Source: the human T2T-CHM13v2.0 reference genome, Homo sapiens. Taken from it: a stretch of DNA of 64,000 nucleotides. This document shows, one piece after another, positions 48,409 through 64,000 of the stretch. Both the position numbers and the translations under genes were made by a program. The notes under the pieces were generated by a model, which had not been told where the DNA came from, did no database searches, and saw nothing but the letters and a program-made list of their open reading frames with translations. Location: NCBI RefSeq assembly GCF_009914755.1, contig NC_060930.1, one strand, 5' to 3'. The number at the start of each line of letters is the position of its first letter. Position 1 is the stretch's first letter.

Positions 48409-48572
48409 TGGGGATATTTTAGGGATTTCCAGGAAACTTTCTATATCATATATCTAAAAAACAAAACAGTATTCATAACAGAAAGGAAAATGATTCAATT
48501 CTGAAACATTGTAAGATCTCTTTCAATTTAAAAAGTGAAGTTCACATTAAATGGAATCTACACATTTATTGA

Positions 48573-49213
<641 letters not shown>

Positions 49214-50144
49214 GGTATTATTTTAAATGCAAAAGAATGTTACAGCCCAAAACGACCATGAAGACAATCTAGTAAAGTCAAGCCTCCTTATTTTATATAT
49301 GAGGAAACTAAGACTCAGAGAGGCTCAAGAGGGACAGAAGCTAGGCTGAGACCTCATGGCTTGATTCCCACATCTAGAATTCTTCCATTACTAAACCTTC
49401 AGCTGCCTCTCATTTTGTCACTCTACCAATCATTCTGAGGCCTCTGTGCAAAGTTTCTTAGCTTAACAGTTAAGGAAGAGTCTTAGCCAAACATTCTTTG
49501 GCGTACCCGGCAACTCAGACTCTGGGTCCACAGTTAATACTAATGATTAGAGCAGATCTCTACCTCTTTCCTCCTCTTAGGGGAAGTACATGGAGGAGAA
49601 AGATACTGCAGGAGGGAAAAAAAAAAAGTCTTGTCTCTTGACTGCCATGTGAGGATAAAGAGTAGGAGGAAAACTATGCTGTGGTAAGGAAAGTAGCTGA
49701 ACCACAGATGAGGCGTTCATTGAAAAAACATTTTGTAAATTCCATTTCTTACCCTTAAGATGTGTCAAAGGCAATGTGTTAGGTGTAGTGCTAATAAGGA
49801 GATTAATTTCTTATGGAGTGTTTATGAAGCAAAAATTCCATTAAAACAAAAATGTAAGAATAGCAACAAATTTAGTTGAATTATTAAAATATGTTTTAGA
49901 GATTCTAGGTCAAATCCTTGTTTTGCAAAGGAAAATCTTAACCTCTGCATGGCCCAGAACAAAGAGAGTACAGCACCAACCCTAGATACAGGAAGCAGAA
50001 ACAGCCTGGTTAGCCTTCCACCTCAAATTTTCCCCTTTCCTAAAAAATATTTCAGTGTCTCCTCGGAGAAGAGTAGTAAAGCCATCCTGAAAGACTACTG
50101 TTAGAAAACCCCTACCATTAGGAAACTACATTAACAAAGTAAAG

Positions 50145-50285
50145 GTTAAAAAGTATATGATGATTTCAGAATATGCCAAGAAAGCATTTATTGAAATATA
50201 AAATTCATTCCTGTTATTTTTGGTTTTGTTTTTGAAACATTTCTTAGCAAAGCAGTAATGGAAGAAAATGTTCTTAAATAAACTT
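50145..50285 (+). mobile_element. Old L1M ORF2 (RT region) remnant
   Basis: ATGATGATTTCAGAATATGCCAAGAAAGCATTT...TTAGCAAAGCAGTAATGGAAGAAAA resembles the L1 'ISIDAEKAFDK' coding region. Confidence 0.55.
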
Positions 50286-50344
50286 GTTGTAGAGGACCTT
50301 CTAGAATCTTAAAACAAAATCATAATGTTGAAACCCATGTTTTT

Positions 50345-50521
50345 ATGTTTTTTGTTGTTGTTTGTTTGTTTTTTGAGACGGAGTCTCACTCTGCTGCCCA
50401 GGCTGGTGTGCAGTGGCACAGTCTCGGCTGACTGCAACCTCTGCCTCCCGAATTCAAGTGATTCTCCTGCCTCGGACTTCTGAGTAGCTGGGATTATAGG
50501 GGCCTGCCACCACGCCTGGCT
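50345..50521 (-). mobile_element. 5'-truncated Alu (right arm only)
   Basis: Right arm flanked by the AAA(C/T)CCATGTT TSD. Confidence 0.92.
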
Positions 50522-50769
50522 AAAAATCCATGTTCTTGGAGATGTCAATCCGGTTTTTAGTGCCTCACTCATCATATGAATGACTAGCCAAGGATCCACA
50601 GACATTTGGTTTAAACCTCAAATAAGATCAAAATAAACAAGTATATAGGGGAAAATGCAGGGAGCAGAATAAAAAAAGTTTTAAAAGATTACAAAAAAAG
50701 ACAGCAAAGAAAAAGGGAAGGGAAGGAGAATGAGAGAGAAAGACAGAAAGAAAAAGAAAGGAAAGAATA

Positions 50770-51570
50770 AAAGAAAACATTCAGAGAACATAAAGAACTT
50801 TGGGAATTTAAAAACGTAAAAGAAGGCCAGGCACGGTGGCTCACACCTGTAATCCCAGCACTTTGGGAGGCCGAGGCGGGTGGATCGCTTGAGGTCAGGA
50901 GTTCGAGACTAGCCTGGCCAACATGGCAAAACCCTATCTTCACTAAAAATACAAAAATACACCACCGGGCGTGGTGGCACATGCCTATAATCCCAGCTAC
51001 TCTGGAGACTGAGGTACACAAGAAAATCGTTTGAACCCGGGAGGTGGAGGTTGCAGTGATCAGAGATCACGCCACTGCACTCCAGCCTGGGTGACACAGT
51101 GAGACTCCGCCTCAAATAAAATAAAATAAAATAAAGCAAATAAAAATCAAAAATAAAAATGTATGATAAAAACAAAACACAAAAGCAAGAGAAAAATTGG
51201 AAGATAAAGTTGAGAAAATCTCCCAGGAAATAGAACAAAATGATAAACAGACTAAACATAATAGTGAAAAGATAATGAGAATCAATCCAAGAAATCTGAA
51301 TAATAGGAATACTAAAGAGAAAGCTCAGAAAAAAATGGCAAGGATGACATTGTTGAAGAAATAATATAAAAAGCTTCCAGAACTAATGAACATGAGTTTC
51401 CACATTTAATTACAAAGCAAAAAAGCACACCAAGGCCATCATTGCTTCCAGAAAGAAAAACAGTTTACATACAAATGACATTGGATTTCAAATAGTTACA
51501 CTTTTAGGAAGTAATTAAAGAAGAAATAGCTTCAATTTTTTGAGGGGAAAATGTTTCTAACATAAATTTT
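50770..51570 (+). mobile_element. Old L1M/HAL1 ORF1-like remnant split by an Alu
   Basis: TTGGAAGATAAAGTTGAGAAAATCTCCCAGGAAATAGAACAAAA...CCAGAACTAATGAACATGAGTTTCC...GCTTCCAGAAAGAAAAACAG. Confidence 0.65.
50825..51140 (+). mobile_element. Alu (AluS-like)
   Basis: Full dimer with (AATAA)n tail. Confidence 0.96.
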
Positions 51571-51574
51571 TCGG

Positions 51575-51679
51575 TTTTTTTTTTTTTAATTTTTTTAAGA
51601 GACAGGGTCTCACTCTGTTACTCAGGCTAGAGTGCAGTGACTCAATCATCGCTTACTGGAGCCTCAAACTCCTGAGCTC
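51575..51679 (-). mobile_element. Truncated AluJ fragment (tail plus ~80 nt)
   Basis: Poly-T then AAGAGACAGGGTCTCAC...CTCAAACTCCTGAGCTC, which stops abruptly at the AluYa5. Confidence 0.9.
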
Positions 51680-51680
51680 T

Positions 51681-54548
<2,868 letters not shown>

Positions 54549-55439
54549 TTAAATCTCTTCTAGTTATATTAAATCAAAAGGGTTTGATGTTATCATTAAG
54601 AGTCTTTCCTCCTAGCTGTAATATTCTAGTTATCTGTGCATTCCCAAATTGGAAGCCTGAGAAGTATTATTACCTGGAACATTGAGTATCAGGCACTCTT
54701 TTTCTTTTGTAATACAGTACCTTATAAAAAATCATTCTGTATTCCTGCCTTTCTTCAGAGGATGTGATTAAAATGTTCAAGGTCAAGGAAACAATTTGCT
54801 CTACAAGTTTTACTAAACGGGGTATTGGAGGGCAGAAAGAAAGAGAAAGATAGATAGGGCTTCATTTTTCATACACCCTCTGATATATAAAAAGTTTGTT
54901 TAAAAAATTACTATCTTTACAAAGTAAATATACTTCAAAAATTACTCCATCCTGTTGGTATTGCATAAGCCAGAGACAGATTTAAAGGGAGGGAGAAATG
55001 AAACTGACCAGCTGAAGCTTCACTGTCTTTTCAGATTGTGATTCTCTTTACACATTACTCATTTGGAAGACAAACTCCAAGCAAATAAAATTTAATGTCA
55101 CAAAAATGTACTTTTCTACTAATAGCAATAGGGACATGACTAGAGCGCTAATAGTGACAGATTCACTTCAGCTGAAAAATCCTTTTAGAGAACCTTTGGA
55201 ATAATGAAGTATCTCTGGCTTGTGCATGATGTTAACCATTGAACTAAGAAAATACGCCACATATAATTATTCAAAATGCTTACATGGACACTCTGACTGG
55301 TATATATGTTGTAATTTTTGGTTTAAGGTATTGTTTAGTATAGTGATTGTGCAGAAACTTTTAGTTACCTTTGTCATTTCATTAAATAATGTTTTTCTCT
55401 GTAGATATAATTAAGCACCCTAATAATTCTTAATAAGAT

Positions 55440-55495
55440 AACAATATTATTGTTCCCCTGTTATCTAACAGGGGAATAAGTATTCCCCTGTTATC
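55440..55495. repeat. Direct-inverted-direct 13-mer triplet (fold-back structure)
   Basis: TTCCCCTGTTATC (55453-55465), TAACAGGGGAATA (55466-55478), TATTCCCCTGTTATC (55481-55495). Confidence 0.9.
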
Positions 55496-57283
55496 CTCTC
55501 ACCTCCAGACTCAGCAAAATTTATAAAATAGATTGGATATTTAGATAAATTTCATTTATAAGTTCCACATGAAATTCATTTCTTATATCTTGAGTTCTGG
55601 TTAAACATTTACTTGCTATGCTGTGCTAGAGAATCAAGAGTCAAAAATCCTGGTTGTTTTTTTTAAAATAAAATAGTTCTTTATATTTTCTTATTTGTAA
55701 TATTTCATAAGTCTCAAACTGAAATTCATGATCCTATCTGTTTTTCCCCTTGTTTTTTTTATTTCTATAGCAATGAGGAGAAGAAGGTGGTGGTTTGTAA
55801 ATATTTGTGAAAGCAAAGACAGTTTACTGACAACCTGAGACTTCCTGGTTCATAGTACAGACGTGGCCTTGCCCCTGGACAGGGCTACGCTGGAGGAAAG
55901 TGTATGCTCCAGAAAGGAGTTACCACTTAAGGATCTAATCAGATTTATTTTGATTCAGCACATTTTCTATTACTTTTGTCCCAATAATTTACTTGGTTTA
56001 AATTATTGTCATTTTTCTTTTTGGTCAATTGTTGTTCCCTTTTTGCCAACCTATTTTGCCACTATTCTGACCTTTAAAATTGATTGTTGTTTCTAAATAA
56101 AAATGGAATCTGGAAAAACAGCAGTGTCCTTACTCTCTCTCAACACCTATCAGGAGGAGAGAGCCAGTGGCGAGGTCCTGTAATATTGGTGAACTGTGGA
56201 GTCCCTGAATCAAAAAACAATGTTTTTGACCTCCTAACCTAAATGTGCATCACATTTATACTTTATTATAAAATCCTTAATTTCAGTGTTTGTTCTAAAA
56301 ACTAGTGGGGAATTTCACCTGTGAGTTGATGTAAAATAAAATATTTTTTAAAAAATCAATCTAAAAGGAAAACTAAAGTAATAAAGTATAAAGCAAAGTT
56401 ATTCAGCTTATTTTCTGGAATGCTAACATGTTCTAGTATGAGTTAGACCTTCTTCCTTCAGAAACAGCATTTTAAATTGTAATATTGCAAACCTTATCAT
56501 AAGGATAAGAACGTGAGACCAAAAGAATAGATACGTAGAAAGCAGAAAATAACAAAAATAGATGGCCTTTTAAACCTACTTTTGGTGTTTATTATAAAGT
56601 AGACATTTAATTCATACTATAATTTTAAGTAAACAAAATGGTAGAGTTTATTAAATGTTAGGTATGATATGATTCAAATTTTTTTTAATTTATACACATA
56701 CTGCACAGAAAAAATGTGAAAACACTTATACACCAAATGAGTATTTTTGATGATGTGATTGTTTATATTTTAGTTTTGCTAACTTTCAAAAGCATATATA
56801 AATTATATGCATATAGTTGTACAATACACACACATCAGATATAATCTATATTTTATTTAAGTGTATTTTGTATGTAGATATATAGTTTTACTAACTTAAA
56901 AAGTTATTTTTTTAAATAAACTATATTTTTTATTTCATTGTGACCCAAGAGGCTTATAAGTTAAGCTTTGAGCAGTTTGATAATTCATTCATTCTTTTGA
57001 CAATTTTTGAGCACTTACCGTATTTAGGCGCTCTTCTAGGGGACTTGGATACAGCATAAGCTAATATGACAAATGACAGTGCCTCGGACTGTGCTAAGGC
57101 AACTGAGTCACATTCGAGATCCATGGAATTCAGTTCTCTCATAACGCTGTCTAGATGATTTCAACAAAGATTTATTGGGCAACTTTTGTGTGCAGATTCT
57201 TGGGGTAGGTCCTTAGAGGAATGAAAAGGGGCTGCAGAGAGAGATGACTGGACTGGAAACACTGAATATGAGTAAATGACTAA

Positions 57284-57910
57284 GAGCTGACACTTAAATA
57301 GTGCTTACTCTGTGTCAGAACCTATTCTAATCACTCTATGTGTATAGCTTCTCACCAACTTATGATGGAGTTACATCCCAATAAACCCACCATAAGCTAA
57401 AAATATTATAAGTTGAAAATCCATTTAATACACCTAACCTATCAAACGTCATAGCTTAGCCTAGCCACCTTAATCGTGCTCAGTAGACTTAACATTAGCT
57501 TAAGTTGGGCAAAATCATCTAACACAAAGCCTATTTTACAACAAAGTGTACAATATCTCATGTAATTTATTGAATACTGGATTGAAAGGGAAAAATGAAA
57601 TGATTGTATGAATACTCAAGGCATGGTTTCTACTGGAATGTGTATTGCTTTCATACTATCATAAAGTCAAAAAATCATATAAGTCAAACCATATAAGTTG
57701 GGGACCATTGGTATTGATTCGTTTAATCCTAACAACAGCCTTACTAAGGTCTATCAATGATGATCAGGTCTATCATTAACATCCCCACGTAACAAATGAA
57801 GAAATTGAGACTTGGAGAGCTTAAGTGTCCCACACAACCGTGAATCAGTTAGTGAGTGGCAGAGCTAGAATTTGAAACCAGGCACTCTGGTGCCAGTGGT
57901 CATACTCTAA
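57284..57910 (-). mobile_element. MIR split by MER47A
   Basis: AGTGCTTACTCTGTGTCAG before MER47A; TTTAATCCTAACAACAGCC...GAAATTGAGACTTGGAGAG...AGAATTTGAAACCAGG after it. Confidence 0.8.
57345..57710. mobile_element. MER47A (Tigger-type DNA transposon relic)
   Basis: ACTTATGATGGAGTTACATCCCAATAAACCC...TTTAATACACCTAACCTA...GGGCAAAATCATCTAACACAAAGCC...TAAGTTGGGGACC. Confidence 0.92.
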
Positions 57911-58252
57911 ACCACCACCCCATACAGGAGGTGGTTTGGCAAAGAAGAGACAGGAGTGTATTCCAGAACACAGGAAAAGATGTTAAGCATATTTGGAAAT
58001 AAGCCTGTGGGAAGAATGTGGCTGACAATGGACAAGACTTTATAGAAAGGGTACAAGTAACAGGAGGCTGAAAGCTTCATCCTAAAAATTACCAATGGAT
58101 AAATTACAGGTAAAGATAAAAGAAACCTGATGAAAGAATTTGAAGCAAAGTGAGTTAAAAATACACCAGAAAGCAAAGAAATTTTTGCACTGAAGCATTT
58201 TATGGTGACCAAAATCCAGAAACTTCAGACAGGAAAATCAAGCAAAAATATG

Positions 58253-58487
58253 CAGGGGTGTCCAGTCTTTTGGCTTCCCTGGGCCACACTGGAATAAGAA
58301 TTGTCTTGGGCCACACATACAATATGCTAATGCTAATGATAGCTGATGAGCTAAAAAAAAAAAAAAAAAAAAAAAAGCCAAAAAAAATCCCATAATGTTT
58401 TAAGAAAGTTTACAAATTTGTGTTGGGCCACACTCAAAGCCATTCTGGGCCACATGCAGCCCGCAGGCTGTGAGTTCGACAAGCTTG
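58253..58487. mobile_element. MER30 (hAT-Charlie) with an expanded internal A24
   Basis: CAGGGGTGTCCAGTCTTTTGGCTTCCCTGGGCCACA...GACAAGCTTG. Confidence 0.93.
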
Positions 58488-58774
58488 ATATACAGGCAAG
58501 AGATTCCTGAGAATGGGAGGGTGAGCCATCAGAATAAATGCCAGAGTTCTCTAAGTGACTGAATTAGAATACAGAGTAGAGTTTTGAGAAGGGAGACTAA
58601 CAGGAGGAACTGAGTGAAGATAAGTACTTTATGAAGAAAATGACTTAGGCTCTGTGTAGGCTGACCTCTCAGGCAGCTATTGTGTAGCAGGGACACTAGA
58701 AGTCTGACGAAGGAAGGAACTGGAGCGATGGACAGACATTTGGGTTGTGCAGTGGTCATCAGAAGAGTATGAAG

Positions 58775-59066
58775 GGCCAGGCACTGTGGCTCATGCCTGA
58801 ATCTCAGCACTTTGGGAGGCCTAGGTGGGCAGATTGCCTGAGGTCAGGAGTTAAAGACCAGCCTGGCCAACGTGGTGGAACCCCGTTCCTACTAAAAATA
58901 CAAAAATTAGAGGGGGTGTGGCAGTGCACCCCTGTAGTCCCAACTACCCCGGAGGCTGAGGCAGAAGAATAGCTTGAACCCAGAAGGCAGAGGTTGCGGG
59001 AGCCGAAATCACACCACTGCACTCCAGCCTGGGCCACAGAGTAAGACTCTATCTCAAAAAAAAAAA
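58775..59066 (+). mobile_element. Alu (AluS-like)
   Basis: TSD AAGAGTAT(G/A)AAG. Confidence 0.96.
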
Positions 59067-59176
59067 AGAGTATAAAGACACTGGACAGTGAAGAAACTAT
59101 AACAGGAAAGTGGGGTGGATTCTCAGTGGAATCTCTTTCAGAAGACAAAAAGGAAATGTCTCCAAAAGAAGAATCA

Positions 59177-59313
59177 GGCTGGGCATGGTGGCTCACACCT
59201 GTAATCCCAGCAGTTTGGGAGGCCAAGGCAGGAGGACTGCTTGAGCCCAGGGGTTCAAGACCAGCCTCAGCAAGATGGCAAGACCCTGTCTCTGTATTTA
59301 AAAAACAAAAAAG
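59177..59313 (+). mobile_element. Alu left monomer (FLAM_C-like)
   Basis: TSD AAGAAGAATC on both sides. Confidence 0.9.
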
Positions 59314-59506
59314 AAGAAGAATCCGGAGATGAGACAGGAAAAATTAATGGAAACAGAAGCAGGAAAAAAAAAAATGCCAAGACAGATCAGATTAAAAGAA
59401 AGATTTTAAACAGTTTTTTATAAATCAATGTTTAATATTTGTTTTCACACATCTTCTATAAAATCTGAAATATATCATTCTAGAAGTTTATTATGATTTT
59501 AAGCTA

Positions 59507-59899
<393 letters not shown>

Positions 59900-61380
59900 T
59901 TAATCACAAAACAAAAGCATAATAGTAATTTAACTTATGTTGAAGACTTCTGAAGTCGAAGCATGCAAATCACATACCAATTTTACTGCTCTTCAGAATC
60001 ACATACTAATCTATTTGGGTAGCTGAGCCCCACAATTCAAAAGTCTTAAACATTAAAATCCAAGATCTTTTCTGCTCTGCAGTAAAATGATTCCAGTGCT
60101 TAATATGCTCCAGCTCTCACTTGCTGAGTGGATCATGTTAGCTATACAAATGGCTTCTGCAGGACTAAATGTGACTGGCGAGGAAACAGCCATTGAAAAG
60201 CATCCCCTGAACGACTTGGGAACACAAAAAGCCATCACACTCAGGATAAAATAGAGATCCCAAAGTCTAGCATCAGAAAATTGGTTACTTCTCAAAAGTA
60301 TTTTTATTTTTTTAAGCTTTACCCAACAAGAGAAGGCAGCAGGAAACAAATCCTTTCAAATATACAAACTTCTATTGTATCTAATAAACAAAGAGTCTTT
60401 AGTCTTCCTTAATCCCTAGGGCTATCCCAGACACACACACACACACACAAAAAGTATCAAATTTTTAGTTGTTCCCAAAAGTGATCTTTTCTCCCCAAAA
60501 ATGTTTACTTACTGACAATTTATAAATCAGATGGCAAAAGTGTTTATAGGAGGAGAGAGCATCACGGGGCGATCCATCTCTGGCAAGAAGTTTCATTTCA
60601 TAAGACACCCATGATTCAAGCAGACGTGATCAATCACCCCCCAAGAACAGACACCATGACCCATTCACTCCTGACAGACCATACTCTTTATAGCCTCTGT
60701 TCCATAGCACTTTGGATGTCTGCTAAATTGTTATTTGTTACAAAGCATGCTTTTGCTATGACAGATTCCTCCAACTCCTTCTCCCTGCTGAGCCCATGGA
60801 ATCACAGCTGTGTTGTACCACAAGTGCAGTGTTGTCAAATCTTAGCTTTGTTTAATTATTCAAGTTGGTTCCACCACAGAATTAAACTGCCTGGAGGTAT
60901 TATGGGATTTCAGCACAAACAACACACATGACCACATAGATGCCAACCGTTGCCAAGTATCTACGTGGACTCCACTTCTCACTCACAGTGGTAACTAACA
61001 GCACACCCTCAGTAACCAGGAGCAGGACTAGATGGAACAGTTTAATCAAAGACAGTTTGCCTCCAAACTGTATCGCAGTCCTTCAGGCTGGGAGTCCTTG
61101 CATGCTCAAGGCCAGCATAAATCAGTCCAGCCTAGAAGATACCTCCTCAAAACTTAGGTTCTGGCCAACCTACAAACTCTAGTTCAAGATTGTAGTTTTC
61201 CAAATTTAACAGAAATGTCAGAATTAATTGTGTTCTCTCAGATTTACCTTTTCCGTATTCTCCTCCAAAGTATTTCAAAAGGCATGGAGAAGTGTTTATA
61301 CATGAGCTAGATGTTGCCCAGTACTCTAGTGGAATTACGTCAAGAATAACTTGGAGTGTGTATTGTTTTTCATCTCATGA

Positions 61381-61762
<382 letters not shown>

Positions 61763-62982
61763 TAGAGATCTAGTTAGAGCCCCTCATTTTGCAAAGAGGA
61801 AATGAAGGTCCAGGGTGATAGAGTCCCAGTAGCAGATCTCTGACTGCCTCTGAGTCTGGGGCTCTCCCACTGTGCCACACCTCCTCCAGCCACTGAAGGG
61901 AGACTAAAGGAGGCCTATTTTCTGCTCTCCACTCTCCTCTCTTTCTCTGCACCTAAGCAGGGGTGACTGTCTCTCCCTTGAAGGAAGAAAAGACTTAAAT
62001 ATGCAATCTTTCTGCTGTGTTCCTGTGTAAACTGTGGCCAGAGTGAGGAGAAGGAGGGGCAACTTTGGGAAAGTCATATTTATAGGGCAGAGTGCCTCCC
62101 CAATCCCCTACAACATCCTGGTGCCTCAATGTCTATGAGCTGAAAAATCAGCGCATAGAAAGAGACTCTTCTTGGCCACCATGTAATGAGGAGTGCAGCT
62201 GCACTGGCGACCGCACAATTCCCAGGAGCAACCGGGCAACGCTCCAGCTCCTCTGAGAACTGCTGGGCTGGCAGAGACAGGGCCCTGACTTTTTCCCTCC
62301 ACACTTGGAAACATGCATTACTTGAGCTCTCCCATGCTGGGAGGGGAGAAGCAGATTAAGCTACAGAAGTTGAACCAGAAGGTACTCTTTTACAAGGCTC
62401 AGCCATCATTTCTCAGTGCTGGGCTAATTTACAGAGAAACATGGAGAAAAAGATAAATAGAGGTTTTGGAGTAATGTGCACTCCTAATATGTCAAGGATT
62501 TGTAGCTTTATCTAGTTCCTTCTCACCCAACTTAAACTTAGATTTCTTAAAATTTTAAGGGACCTGAGAAATCAGCAAGCACAAAATAGCAATTAACTAA
62601 GACTTCCTATCTGTAATGGGCTTAAAGCCTTTCAACCTATCATCAGATGAAAAAATATATATAAATTTTAGTTTGGTAACTTGTAGTAATAAATTATTTT
62701 CTAGGAGAAAGGGAAGATTGAGGCTATTACCTAAAAATTTCACTTGTCTGTGAATTTTACACCTAAGTGTTCTCTTTGTATCTCGTTAGCACAAGTAACA
62801 TAGGGTTGCATATGGGTCTAAGTAGCTTTCCAGAAAAATGACTCATAAAATGCAGATTATGTACCAGGTGCTTCACATGCAAAGCCAGATAACAAAAACA
62901 AATAGGACTTGGTCCTACCTTCAAGGAGCTTATAACAGAGAAATTACAACAAAGGAAGTAAGTGGACAACTCTTTTTCATCA

Positions 62983-63041
62983 TTTCATCTATATGTTTTT
63001 ACTTTCATCTATATGTTTTCATCATTTCATCTATATGTTTT
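62983..63041. repeat. Three copies of TTTCATCTATATGTTTT
   Basis: Copies at 62983-62999, 63003-63019 and 63025-63041, next to an Alu tail. Confidence 0.9.
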
Positions 63042-63044
63042 TCC

Positions 63045-63346
63045 TTTTTATTTATTTATTTAGACACAGAGTCTCACTCTGTCATCCAGGGTAGAGTACA
63101 GTGGCATGATCATAGCTCACTGCAACCTCAAACTCTTGGGCTCAAGCAATCCTCCTGCCTCAGCCCCCTGAGTAACTAGAGCTACAGGCATGCACCACAT
63201 GCCTGGCTAACTTTTTGATTATATTTTTGTAGAGATAGGTCTTTACTATGTTGTCCAGGCTGGTGTCAAACTCCTGGCCTCAAGCGATCCTCCTGCCTTG
63301 GCCTCCCAAAATGCTGGTATTACAAGTGTGAGCTAACATGTAGGCC
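63045..63346 (-). mobile_element. Alu (AluJo-like)
   Basis: Diverged dimer. Confidence 0.94.
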
Positions 63347-63359
63347 TTGTATTTACTTT

Positions 63360-64000
63360 CTAACCTCTGATCTCCCTTCTAAGCTCCAGTCTTGAACATT
63401 CAACAAACTGGTTAGCGCCTGCCTCCTCTGCACCCAAACATTCCATCATTGCATTTTCAACCTGAAAATGCCTAAAACTGAATGCATTATTTTTCCTCCA
63501 AAATTGATTTTCCACCATTTATCAATGGTATCACAATTTTTAACATAATCTAAACACAAGACCTAGAAATGGGTTTTTATTTACCCCTTTCCTTATCCTC
63601 AAACTCAATTGCAATGTCTTATTGGTCATCTCTTTATAATCTGAGGATTCCACTCTCCTGCTCTAGTTTCTCTGCCTTACACCTTTATATCTGTTCCAAG
63701 ATATTCACATACTCTTGCACAAGTAACTAATTCTTCTGATTTTTTCTGCCTCCAAGCTCTCTCACCAACTCACATGCCATCACCTGAGAAATCTCTTGAA
63801 AATGTCTCTTTGATATGGCACTCAACTGCTCAAAAAATTTTTGTATCTAATCTTTGCTTATAGAAGAGCCTAATCATCTTAGTTTGGTATTTGCAACATC
63901 CCATCCTCTAGTTTACTGTCCATCATCATCACTCCTGGTTTCCCAAAGATATATTCTTTCCTATGGGCACCAGTTGCTAATATTTTTTCTCTACCTGGAA
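63360..64000 (+). mobile_element. L2 fragment
   Basis: CTTCTAAGCTCCAG...CCTAAAACTGAATGCATTATTTTTCCTCC...TTTCTGCCTCCA...CACTCAACTGCTCAAAA; pyrimidine-rich L2 sense strand. Confidence 0.7.

Noticed and set aside
60053-61182. Three 80-106 aa ORFs in unique sequence
   Set aside because: No recognisable protein similarity, no consistent splice signals, and lengths within chance expectation.

Overview
Human (Homo sapiens-type) non-coding euchromatic DNA, intronic or intergenic. About 50 Alu copies or monomers (~20% of the window) lie among older L1M/L2/MIR fragments, MaLR and ERVL solo LTRs (MLT1, MSTA, MLT2) and DNA-transposon relics (MER20, MER94, MER63, MER2, MER5, MER47A, MER30, MADE1). I can support no protein-coding exon, RNA gene, CRISPR array or multi-gene system. 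The supplied ORFs come from Alus, microsatellites or chance open frames. A near-consensus AluYa5 points to a human genome. I found no evidence of a new biological system, so the interesting signals are evolutionary and regulatory micro-events. (1) The AluYa5 lacks a target-site duplication (TSD) and truncates an older Alu, a candidate human-specific insertion-mediated deletion. (2) A 67-bp ERV1-LTR 3'-end fragment sits inside a MER2, flanked by 15-bp TSDs. (3) Three separate sites appear to have been hit twice by Alus at the same target, leaving triplicated TSDs. (4) An enhancer-like 5' block carries NF-kB, AP-1 and a triple DR2 nuclear-receptor array. (5) A complete MADE1 hairpin (miR-548 type) has a nearby half copy. 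(6) Several template-switch or short-duplication scars are present. Repeat subfamily names are by-eye matches to remembered consensus sequences, and the boundaries of old repeats are approximate.
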